From the NCBI GenBank assembly GCA_046583315.1, contig JAYGCN010000196.1, positions 1 to 49,605 of the forward strand: a DNA stretch of 49,605 nucleotides, given 5' to 3'. The stretch is from Candidatus Hydrogenedentota bacterium. Its GTDB lineage: Bacteria; Hydrogenedentota; Hydrogenedentia; Hydrogenedentales; GCA-2746185. A model generated the notes under the pieces. The model was not told the DNA's origin, made no database searches, and was given only the letters and a program-made list of their open reading frames with translations. Below are positions 29,835 to 38,198 of this stretch, piece after piece. The position numbers and the translations under genes are program-made. Numbering within the stretch: the first letter of the stretch is position 1; every line of letters begins with the position of its first letter.

Positions 29835-30212
29835 CTACGAGAGATTGGTACTGAACATATCCCGGTGCAATTTCCAGGAACCATCAATCCGTTTCCAGAC
29901 GACAATATACTTCAATTGGTCGAGACGGGTCCCATTTTCATCAAACAACTCGCCTTGACCGACCCCCTCAATAGCCGTTTCCCCAAGTTCGTCGAGCTCC
30001 CGGGTCTCCAGCGTCACCCTGGCCACTCCACTTTCCCGAACACCGGACCAGAATTACCGAACTCCGTCCTTCCCGGAAATGACCTCCGTATCGGCTGGGA
30101 AGATCTGGATATCATCGGTATGACAGGCAGCGTGCCGATCAAAGTCACCGGCGGCAAAGGAATCGGAAAACTCATCGTTGGCGGCACGAATATCAGCAAG
30201 TACATCGCTCAT
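29835..30212 (-). pseudogene. NTF2-like/DUF4440 (YybH-like) gene interrupted by an in-frame TAA
   Basis: AAGGAG SD then ATG 30212 gives MSDVLADIRAANDEFSDSFAAGDFDRHAACHTDD.QIFPAD.EVISGKDGVR*FWSG...KYIVVWKRIDGSWKLHRDMFS. The stop is at 30054-30056 and both halves are in the same frame. Confidence 0.85.
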
Positions 30213-30317
30213 GGCAAAAACTCCTTCATTCGTTTGTTAGACGCAGAATCGTAAAGTCATAGTACCGCCGAACGCAGGACTAAACAACCAAAGCGTTCCT
30301 CGGTCGGCATACGCTTA

Positions 30318-30345
30318 ACGTCTGATAATATATATTATGTTCATT
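30318..30345 (+). other. dif: dif site (XerC/XerD chromosome dimer resolution site)
   Basis: ACGTCTGATAA-TATATA-TTATGTTCATT has the 11-6-11 layout. Compare E. coli GGTGCGCATAA-TGTATA-TTATGTTAAAT and B. subtilis ACTTCCTAGAA-TATATA-TTATGTAAACT. It lies in a long intergenic gap. Confidence 0.85.
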
Positions 30346-30599
30346 TAGCATATTGCTATCATGCAACCTTTAAGCCCTGAATCCCCAGCCTCACCGATCA
30401 TCACTTACTATTTCGTTCATATATCGACCTAACCCTGAACCACACCTTATCGCCATACTGGATTATATTTATTAGACTTACGTAGCTCGCGCGTCGCATG
30501 AACCCATTTCGCTTTTCAGGATTTTCAGTGGTTTGGATTTTCGGTTTTACGATCGCGCTGAGACGTTTTCGCGATTTCCCCAGGGCTGACCCTTCCCAA

Positions 30600-30647
30600 C
30601 CGGGTACCTTTGCGCTGGAACGACCGGGTACCTTTGCGCTGGAACGA
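30600..30647. repeat. Perfect 24-bp tandem duplication
   Basis: CCGGGTACCTTTGCGCTGGAACGA occurs at 30600-30623 and again at 30624-30647. Confidence 0.95.
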
Positions 30648-30958
30648 CAAGACGGTCGTATTCGGGTTTCGGGACTCCCCGGGATCGCGATGAGCGTCTC
30701 GCCGATCCATGTGCCTATCGGATCGCGACCTTGTTGCGCGGAAGCAACTGTGTGGGAAACAACCCATACATGCTCAAATTACCCCGAAAAGTGGCGATTC
30801 GGCTCTAGAATGCCCTCTAAGCGGATATCTCGCTGTATAGGGTATGATTACCTTCTAAAAACACTATATTTGGCGTGTATGGGACACTGGGTACCCCAAA
30901 TGTTGTGTCTGAGGTCCGACGATCGACGATTTCGGGGCTGGACGATTCCGAAAATGGA

Positions 30959-31363
30959 TTACTCAGCCAATTTCCAGGTTGCTGGCGTCACGAGCTCGAG
31001 AGAGTTTCCAGCGGGATCCCGAAAATAGAGCGAGAAGCCTCCACCGGGCCACTCCCACTCGGTTTCGATTTCGACTCCCTTGGCCACGAGTTGCTCTCGC
31101 CAGTCGTTGATCTCGTCCTTGGTCATTTTGAAGGCAGCATGACCGGCTCCGGTGGTGCCATGCCCGGGAAACTTCAGGGCGTCGGCGGTGGCGGTGGCTT
31201 TGGGATCGAAAAGTAGGAGCATCTCATCGCCGCAGCGAAAGAAGCAGTGACGTCCGGGCACCTTGGCGTAGAACTCGAGCCCGAGCACGTCCGTATAGAA
31301 TGCCTCGGCGGCTTCCAGGTCGTCGACACACAGACAGGTTTCGAGCACTTTGCTGACTTTCAT
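30959..31363 (-). CDS. VOC/glyoxalase family protein
   Basis: LETCLCVDDLEAAEAFYTDVLGL, GHAAF and SLYFRDPAGNSLEL. AAAGGA SD precedes ATG 31363. Confidence 0.95.
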   Translation of the reverse strand: MKVSKVLETCLCVDDLEAAEAFYTDVLGLEFYAKVPGRHCFFRCGDEMLLLFDPKATATADALKFPGHGTTGAGHAAFKMTKDEINDWREQLVAKGVEIETEWEWPGGGFSLYFRDPAGNSLELVTPATWKLAE

Positions 31364-31422
31364 GGTTATTCCTTTCGCACGGGTATATTCTTTCGGTGCG
31401 TTCATACTACAATACCGCTCCA

Positions 31423-33405
31423 ATGATGTCGATGCCTCTCAGATCACCGGACCACAAGGATTGCCTGCTCGCTGCAGGCGCGGCACTGGCCAGTTTCATC
31501 GTTTATCTGATGACGCTGGCACCCACGGTTTCTGGTGAGGATGGCGGCGAACTCGTGGCGGCGGCGTATTCGCTGGGCATTCCGCATCCCACGGGATATC
31601 CGCTGTGGACGATGCTGGCGCATGCCTTCATCAAGCTGATTCCCTTTGGCGAAGTGGCGTGGCGTGTGAATCTGATGTCCGCGTTCTGGGCATCGGGAAC
31701 GGTCGCGCTGGTGGTGCTGACGTTGCGCTCGTTGCAGGTGGGTCGCCTGGCGGCGGGATTGGCAGGATTGGTGCTGGCGTATTCGCGTGAGTTCTGGGAG
31801 CAGAGCGTCATCGCCGAGGTCTACACATTGAACGCCTTCTTCGTGGTGATGTGTATTTATCTGCTGCTGGATTGGACGCGCACTAGGTCCACGATCACGA
31901 TATATTTGTTTACACTGATATATAGCCTGAGCCTGTCGAATCACAGCACGATGTATCTGCTCGGGCCGGTTTTTCTGGTGTACCTGTTCGCGATTGATCG
32001 AAGGCTCATCAGACAAGGCAAAACGCTGGGCATTGCGGCGATACTGTTCGTGTGCGGCTTGCTGGTGCATTTGTATCTGCCCATACGGTCTATGGCGAAC
32101 CCTGCGATGGACTGGGGAAACCCGGAAACGCTGCAAAACTTCTGGAACGTTTTCACGCGCGTGCAGTACAGCTCGATGATGACGGGTGAACGGTCGCTGG
32201 GATTGTTTATGCGGCAGATGCTGGAGTTCCTGAAGTTCTACGTCTGGGAATTCACGCCGTGGGTGTTGTGGCTGATTGTTCCGGGTCTAATCGGACTCTA
32301 TCAAAAGAGTCGCGCGACCTTATGGCTGAGTCTAAGCGTGTTCGTTGTCGTTCTGCTCGCGTCAATCCTTGTACCGAATTTCCCGATTGAATATCACTTC
32401 ATCTGGATGAATACGACGTTCTGGATTCCGCTGACTGTGCTGGGCGCGATGTGGCTAGGCTTCGGACTGGACTGGCTCATCAACCGCCTCAGCGCGCGCC
32501 CGTGGATTCGATTCGTAGTATGCTTCATCGCACTGATTATTCCGCTGTTCACCCACGGCGCGCACTCAATGCACAATGATCAATCGGACTACTACATCGC
32601 CCGTGACTACGCAAAAAACGTGCTCGACACGATGGAGCCGAACGCGATCTATTTCGGTGGTGGCGATCACACGATTTTTCCGCTGGTGTACATGCAGATT
32701 GTCGAAGGCTATCGCACGGACGTGACCATCGCGAACAAGTACGGCTACATTCAGCCGGAGTTGTATGCGGATATGCCGGGACAACGCGTGGATTCTATAT
32801 TCCAATTCTCACGCAAGGCTGAACATCCCGCGATTTTCAATTGGTTGTTGGAGACAACGGACAGGCCGGTGTACACCATTAACCGCTGGCCGGGTGCGCC
32901 GATGTCCCCCACTTCTTACGGATTGTTGTATCGGTATCCGACAGTGGCGATTGCGAAGGGCACCGAAGTCACTAATAATATTTGGGATACGTACACGTGG
33001 TCGTTTTCGTCAATTAGCATCAGCGATATGCGGGGCGACTGGACAGCCGAGGTCATTGGGTATGAGCATTTCGTGGCACGAGCGCGATCAGGTTTGGAGA
33101 AGGGGGAAATCGATTATTTCCACTACATGTTGCGCAGCGCGGCGAATCTTATACATGGTGATAAACGTGCTCTACACAACATTGCATTGTTGTGTGCTTC
33201 CACTGGTGAAGTGGTCGAGGCAGCGAATTGGTGGGAGAAGTCATTGTCTGACGATCCTCACTTCATACCCGCTCTCTATAATCTCGCCCGCGCCCTCCAC
33301 AAGCTGGATCGCGATGACGAGGCACTGGTTCATGCGGAAACGTTGCTAGAGTTGGAGTCGGATAACGAACGCTTCATCGCGTTGCGGGATGAGATTTTGA
33401 ATTAG
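31423..33405 (+). CDS. DUF2723/TMEM260-like GT-C glycosyltransferase with C-terminal TPR
   Basis: TLAPTV..EDGGEL, GIPHPTGYPLW, WRVNLMSA, FWEQSVIAEVYTL, YLPIRS..P..DWGNP and GD...FPL.Y.Q.VEG.R.DV, with many TM helices. The start is uncertain (31423-31432). Confidence 0.88.
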   Translation: MMSMPLRSPDHKDCLLAAGAALASFIVYLMTLAPTVSGEDGGELVAAAYSLGIPHPTGYPLWTMLAHAFIKLIPFGEVAWRVNLMSAFWASGTVALVVLTLRSLQVGRLAAGLAGLVLAYSREFWEQSVIAEVYTLNAFFVVMCIYLLLDWTRTRSTITIYLFTLIYSLSLSNHSTMYLLGPVFLVYLFAIDRRLIRQGKTLGIAAILFVCGLLVHLYLPIRSMANPAMDWGNPETLQNFWNVFTRVQYSSMMTGERSLGLFMRQMLEFLKFYVWEFTPWVLWLIVPGLIGLYQKSRATLWLSLSVFVVVLLASILVPNFPIEYHFIWMNTTFWIPLTVLGAMWLGFGLDWLINRLSARPWIRFVVCFIALIIPLFTHGAHSMHNDQSDYYIARDYAKNVLDTMEPNAIYFGGGDHTIFPLVYMQIVEGYRTDVTIANKYGYIQPELYADMPGQRVDSIFQFSRKAEHPAIFNWLLETTDRPVYTINRWPGAPMSPTSYGLLYRYPTVAIAKGTEVTNNIWDTYTWSFSSISISDMRGDWTAEVIGYEHFVARARSGLEKGEIDYFHYMLRSAANLIHGDKRALHNIALLCASTGEVVEAANWWEKSLSDDPHFIPALYNLARALHKLDRDDEALVHAETLLELESDNERFIALRDEILN

Positions 33406-33457
33406 CCCCGGCTCCGCGGGGACCTGCCGGTCGGTATATTCTCGCCCTCCCGAACAC

Positions 33458-33492
33458 AAAAATCCTGCAGAACGTTTCCGCTCTGCAGGATT
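33458..33492 (-). terminator. Intrinsic terminator for the two minus-strand exported proteins
   Basis: 11-bp inverted repeat AATCCTGCAGA...TCTGCAGGATT, with the T-run on the minus strand. Confidence 0.75.
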
Positions 33493-33517
33493 CGTAATTC
33501 GATTTGTGAATCGCGAA

Positions 33518-33958
33518 CTAGTCGACGATTACACTGGCACCACCGACAACTTCTTCGGGGAACCATTCTTCTTCATCGGCACCTTCAGCGACTGAGGATG
33601 CAACGATGATGTTGAGTCCGTTTTTCTTGGAGGCTTTACCGGTCACGTCCACGACGAAACCCATGTATTCGGCCATCAGTTCTTTGGACGCTTTGCCGTC
33701 CGCACCGAGTACCAGGTACATCACCTTCTTGTCGCCTTCATCAACGACGAGTCCGATGGGATTGCCTTTGTTCGCGCAAGCCATTGCGCATCCAGCATGG
33801 CCTTCACCAGATTTACCGCCGAGGTAACACGTGATGTCGACCGCTTCACCGGACAGGACTACATCTACCGCAGCTTCTTCCGCGGCAAAGGTGGGTACTA
33901 CAGCAATCGCGACGACCGCTACGAAAGCGATCGTTAATACAGTCTTCGTAAATCTCAT
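33518..33958 (-). CDS. Exported Cys3-His small protein, paralog 2 (acidic tail)
   Basis: Signal peptide ends TFA. Core GEAVDITCYLGGKSGEGHAGCAMACANKGNPIGLV. GAAGG SD. Confidence 0.85.
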   Translation of the reverse strand: MRFTKTVLTIAFVAVVAIAVVPTFAAEEAAVDVVLSGEAVDITCYLGGKSGEGHAGCAMACANKGNPIGLVVDEGDKKVMYLVLGADGKASKELMAEYMGFVVDVTGKASKKNGLNIIVASSVAEGADEEEWFPEEVVGGASVIVD

Positions 33959-33974
33959 ACCTTCTTCTCCTTGT

Positions 33975-34361
33975 CTATTCTTCTACTTTGGATGCGACCA
34001 GAATATTCAGGCCATCTTTCGAAGAAGCCTTTCCGGACACTGTAACAACTTTACCCATGTGTGCGGCCATCAAATCTTTGGAAGGTTTGCCGCCTTCACC
34101 CATCACGAGGTACATTACTTTTTCATCACCCTCTCCAACAACCAATCCGATAGGGTTACCCTTGTTCGCGCAGGCGGTCGCGCAGGAAGCATGACCTTCG
34201 CCGGATTTGCCGGTGAGATAGCAGACGATGTCCACGGGTTCGCCGGTTAATGTCACATCCTTGGGTGCCACATCTTTGGCATACGTCAATGTTGCCGGAG
34301 CAACGGCGATAGCCAACGCGGCTACAACAGCGAGTGTCAGTACAGTTTTAAACAGTTTCAT
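33975..34361 (-). CDS. Exported Cys3-His small protein, paralog 1
   Basis: Signal peptide. Core GEPVDIVCYLTGKSGEGHASCATACANKGNPIGLV. AAGGAG SD. Confidence 0.85.
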   Translation of the reverse strand: MKLFKTVLTLAVVAALAIAVAPATLTYAKDVAPKDVTLTGEPVDIVCYLTGKSGEGHASCATACANKGNPIGLVVGEGDEKVMYLVMGEGGKPSKDLMAAHMGKVVTVSGKASSKDGLNILVASKVEE

Positions 34362-34602
34362 CGTTCGATCTCCTTCAGGTTAAGTGGCCGAAGTTTCACT
34401 AAATTAATACATCCTCTAAACACAGCAATCGCGCTTGTTTATTCGCGAATCTTCATGGTAGCAAGGATTCGCGCAGATCCACAAGCATTTTCACTACAGG
34501 GAAAATGATCATCACCTTTATATTTCAACACTTTACGCTCGAAACTATACAGAATGCTGTGATATTCTCATGAAAACACGAAATTACAGGAGGGATTTCC
34601 CC

Positions 34603-35883
34603 ATGTCAGATACAGTGAAACCATCACGGCGCGCGTTTATGAAGAATTCGAGCGCGATCATTGGCGCGGCTACGGCCTTCACCATTGCGGCCTCGGCCCA
34701 TGCGAAGAAAAACAAGACGCTCAAGGTCGGCCTCATCGGCTGCGGCGGTCGCGGGAACGGCGCCATCATGCAGGCCATCGCGGCCGACCCGGATACAGAG
34801 CTCTACGCCCTGGGTGATGCTTTTCTGGATCAGGTGCAATCCGCGCACAAAAAATTCATGGATTCCAAGTACGCCAAGCAGGTAACGGTAGACGAGGGCC
34901 ACATGTATGCCGGCTTTGACGCTTACAAGAAAGTAGTGGATGCCTGTGACGTTGTCGTGTTGTGTACCCCCCCGGCGTTTCGTCCCAAACAGTTGGCCTA
35001 TGCCGTGGACAAGGGCAAGCATGTCTTTTGCGAAAAACCGATCGCGGTGGATCCAGCGGGTGTACGATCCGTCATGGAGACCTGCAAGAAGGCGCAGAAA
35101 AAAGGCGTCAACGTGGTCTCCGGATTGTGTTACCGCTACCAGTTCTCGAAACTCGACACCTTGAAACGAATCCACGATGGCGAAATCGGCGATATCATCA
35201 CCATGCAGACCACCTACAACACGGGCGGACTCTGGCATAAGGGTCGCCGCTCTTCCTGGTCCGACATGGAATACCAGGTGCGCAACTGGCTGTACTTTGA
35301 CTGGCTGTCGGGCGATCACATCAACGAGCAGCACATCCACAGCCTGGACAAAATCGGCTGGGTCATGGGCGATGTGTACCCGGACAAGGTCACGTCTTCG
35401 GGTGGACGCATCGTGCGCACCGATGAAAAGTACGGCAACATCTACGATCACTTCAACAGTGTCTACGAATGGAAGACGGGGCAGAAAGCCTTCTCCTCAT
35501 GTCGCCAGTGGCTGGAGTCCAGCACAGACGTGTCGGATCATATCTTCGGCACCGAAGGCACCGCGCACCTGCAACGTCACCAGATCGAATACAAAAATGG
35601 AAAACGCTGGACCCACGAACAAACCGGACCAGACGACATGTATCAGAATGAACACAACGAATTGTTCAAAGCGATTCGCTCAGGCGATGCCATCAACAAC
35701 GGCGAGTACATGTGCAACAGCACGCTCATGGCCATTATGGCGCGCATGTCGGCGTACACCGGCAAAACCATCACCCGCGATGAAGCCCTCAACTCAAAAC
35801 TCAGCCTCGTACCCGATAAACTCGAGTGGACCGACCTGGCCATAAACCCAATTCCACAACCGGGTGTCACAAAATTTGTTTAA
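34603..35883 (+). CDS. Tat-exported Gfo/Idh/MocA oxidoreductase
   Basis: Twin-arginine SRRAFMK, GLIGCGGRG, HVFCEKP and SGDHINEQHIHSLD. AGGAGG SD precedes ATG 34603. Confidence 0.93.
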   Translation: MSDTVKPSRRAFMKNSSAIIGAATAFTIAASAHAKKNKTLKVGLIGCGGRGNGAIMQAIAADPDTELYALGDAFLDQVQSAHKKFMDSKYAKQVTVDEGHMYAGFDAYKKVVDACDVVVLCTPPAFRPKQLAYAVDKGKHVFCEKPIAVDPAGVRSVMETCKKAQKKGVNVVSGLCYRYQFSKLDTLKRIHDGEIGDIITMQTTYNTGGLWHKGRRSSWSDMEYQVRNWLYFDWLSGDHINEQHIHSLDKIGWVMGDVYPDKVTSSGGRIVRTDEKYGNIYDHFNSVYEWKTGQKAFSSCRQWLESSTDVSDHIFGTEGTAHLQRHQIEYKNGKRWTHEQTGPDDMYQNEHNELFKAIRSGDAINNGEYMCNSTLMAIMARMSAYTGKTITRDEALNSKLSLVPDKLEWTDLAINPIPQPGVTKFV

Positions 35884-35894
35884 CTAAAACTGCC

Positions 35895-35953
35895 CTGGGG
35901 GAGACCTTTTCTGGAGAAAAGGTCTCCCCCAGACCACCTTCCAAAAAACTTTT
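35895..35953. repeat. REP-like palindromic element
   Basis: Perfect 18-bp inverted repeat CTGGGGGAGACCTTTTCT-GG-AGAAAAGGTCTCCCCCAG (35895-35932), followed by ACCACCTTCCAAAAAACTTTT. Confidence 0.8.
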
Positions 35954-35965
35954 GGGGCTACAACC

Positions 35966-36177
35966 CTAGCGCTTTTCTTGACTGCGAGGAATTGCTTTCG
36001 TTACAGCCTCTTTTGCAGCATCCTTGGCCAATGTTTCCAATGGGTCGGATCCTCCGACCATTCCTAAAGTAACGCATATATCGCTTTGTCTGTGCCGCGT
36101 CGCAAGGAACGTCCGACTATACCTTCATACGTACGGTAGGCGTTTCGCTCGTCAGATTCAGTACCAAAAATCCCCAT
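35966..36177 (-). pseudogene. Small gene with a probable 1-nt frameshift (or a 37-aa sORF at 36064-36177)
   Basis: Strong SD GAAAGGAGGG 7 nt before ATG 36177. Frame 0 gives MGIFGTESDERNAYRTYEGIVGRSLRRGTDKAIYALL*. The -1 frame continues VTLGMVGGSDPLETLAKDAAKEAVTKAIPRSQEKR* to 35966. Confidence 0.5.
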
Positions 36178-36269
36178 TTGACAACCCTCCTTTCTGAAAA
36201 ATGAATGCCAATTCGAACCGAAAGGTTTCCGTTTTTTTACGAATATCCAGTCGGTCACTCGGACGAACA

Positions 36270-38198
36270 TTACAAGGCTGCGGCGTTGAGTTCTTCGAGT
36301 TCGTCTTCAATGGATTGTGTGACGGGAAAGCGGAAGCCGGATTTCGGGTCGAGGTCGAGGTCGAGGACTTTCAGGGCGACGGGGAGTTGTTCGCGTTTCC
36401 ACTGGCTGTAGGCGAAGAGGGTTCCGAAGCGGGCGGTGTATTCGCGCAGGGTGTTGTTGTCGACGCCGGGGTGACGGTAACAGAGTACGCGCCAGCAATC
36501 GGAGAGGGCCATGCGTCTTTGCGCGAAAAGATGCAGCAGGTCATCGAGGATCACGTAGGGCATGAGGTCTTGTTCGTCTTCCTGGTCCTCAGCGAGTTCG
36601 GCGCTGGGCGGAATGTCGAGTACCCGTTGCATGGATTTGATACCGTCGCGTTCAGCGATGTAATCGAGTAATCGCGTCACCAGCGTTTTGGGGAGATTCG
36701 CGATGGGTGAGTAGCCGCCCTGGTTGTCGCCACCGGTGGTCGTATATCCAACGGCGGCTTCGCTGAGGTTTGACGTGACGAGTAGTAGGCCCCCCACGTT
36801 GTTGCCCCAGTTCAGCATCATCGCGCCGCGTACCCGTGCCTGCAGGTTCTGCTTGGCAAGAGGCGTCACATTTTCGGGTCCACCAGCGAGTTCGGCGGCT
36901 TTGTCGAGCGCGATGTCCGCTTCTTCGGAGATGGACACGACCTTGAAGGGAACCCCGAGTTCTTCGGCAAGACCGCGCGCCGCGTTTTGGGTGGCATCGC
37001 TACTGAACGCTTTGTTGGGCAGATAGACGGCATTGATTCGGTCCGCATAATTCTCCACATCGGTTTCTTCCTTCACGGCTTTGGCCGCTTCCACCGCGAT
37101 GAGCAGACACAGGGCACTGTCCCGTCCACCGGAGAGCGCGACGAGAAATCGATCAAAGGCCCCGACCTTCTCAAAGTAGTCGCGCAACCCGAGCACAAGC
37201 GCGTCGTAGAGTTCATCGAGATATTGGTGCGCCTGATTCTGCGGTTCCGTGGCTTCGGCTTCAAAAAAACTGTGAGGCATTTGCGTCACGTATTCTTCGA
37301 TGGGTGCGGGCACAAAGTCTCCCCCGTGTTCGGGCACCACTTCGTAAGGCGGCTCTTCATCGATGAACAACGCATCGGCTTCGCGCCACGTAGAATTCTC
37401 CGCGCGTTCACGGGACACCTGATCGAGATCCACGACGCCCGTGTTGAGCGCCCAGTTTTTTCGCGACATCAACGGCGCATCCACGAGTATGTCCTGACCC
37501 GTCGCGATGAGTCCGCTGCCATCAAACACGAGGCGACTGTTATCGAGCCCCAGCATATTCGAGAAGGCGTACACGCAATTAAGACGACCGGCCGCGCTTT
37601 GCACGAGGCGTTTACGATGCTCGTTTTTGAGCGGCGTGAAGGGCGACGCACTCCCGTTGCAAATAATTTCGGCACCCGCGCGCGCGCGTATCGGAGCCGG
37701 AGATCGTGTAGACCACAGATCCTCGCAAATTTCGGCACTAATCTTGCCGAAGGGTAACTTAAAAACGAGGTTTCCCGTGGGAACGCCCTGATACTCATTC
37801 CACTCGTTCGTGCCGGGAGTCCAGTTTCGACCCTCGTAGAAAATATCGTATTGCGGCAAATTTTGTTTTGTGATGAGACCCAGAATCTCGCCATCATGGA
37901 TAAGCGCGGTCGCGTTGTACATCAGCGAGTTCATGTGAATGGGAAGTCCCACCCACACGCTGATGCCCTGGCATTGTTCCGCGATGGACTGTAGCGTAGC
38001 CCAACTACGGCGGGCGATATCCGGCCACCAGATCCTGTCCTTGAGGCTATACCCGGAGATGCAGAGTTCAGGCGTGACCAGCAGATGCACGCCCTGCGCA
38101 CGAGCCTCGTCGATTACTTCAACGATGCGTTTCGCATTTCCTTTAAAGTCCCCCACCTTCACTGAAACGGCGGCGACACCTATTTTGACGAGACGCAT
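36270..38198 (-). CDS. nadE: Glutamine-dependent NAD+ synthetase
   Basis: Nitrilase triad TPEL/K..LP/EICED, PP-loop LSGGRDS, NLQARVR, SE..VGY.T..GD and PSAEL. Confidence 0.96.
   Translation of the reverse strand: MRLVKIGVAAVSVKVGDFKGNAKRIVEVIDEARAQGVHLLVTPELCISGYSLKDRIWWPDIARRSWATLQSIAEQCQGISVWVGLPIHMNSLMYNATALIHDGEILGLITKQNLPQYDIFYEGRNWTPGTNEWNEYQGVPTGNLVFKLPFGKISAEICEDLWSTRSPAPIRARAGAEIICNGSASPFTPLKNEHRKRLVQSAAGRLNCVYAFSNMLGLDNSRLVFDGSGLIATGQDILVDAPLMSRKNWALNTGVVDLDQVSRERAENSTWREADALFIDEEPPYEVVPEHGGDFVPAPIEEYVTQMPHSFFEAEATEPQNQAHQYLDELYDALVLGLRDYFEKVGAFDRFLVALSGGRDSALCLLIAVEAAKAVKEETDVENYADRINAVYLPNKAFSSDATQNAARGLAEELGVPFKVVSISEEADIALDKAAELAGGPENVTPLAKQNLQARVRGAMMLNWGNNVGGLLLVTSNLSEAAVGYTTTGGDNQGGYSPIANLPKTLVTRLLDYIAERDGIKSMQRVLDIPPSAELAEDQEDEQDLMPYVILDDLLHLFAQRRMALSDCWRVLCYRHPGVDNNTLREYTARFGTLFAYSQWKREQLPVALKVLDLDLDPKSGFRFPVTQSIEDELEELNAAAL

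Noticed and set aside
29865..30254. 129-aa plus-strand ORF after zapA
   Set aside because: It is antisense to the recognisable NTF2-like pseudogene and has no motif or SD.
30600..30647. 24-bp repeat as a CRISPR array
   Set aside because: There are only two directly abutting copies, with no spacer and no cas genes.
30498..31028. 176-aa ORF containing PGTFALER twice
   Set aside because: No SD, atypical composition, and it overlaps the glyoxalase gene. The peptide repeat only reflects the 24-bp DNA duplication.
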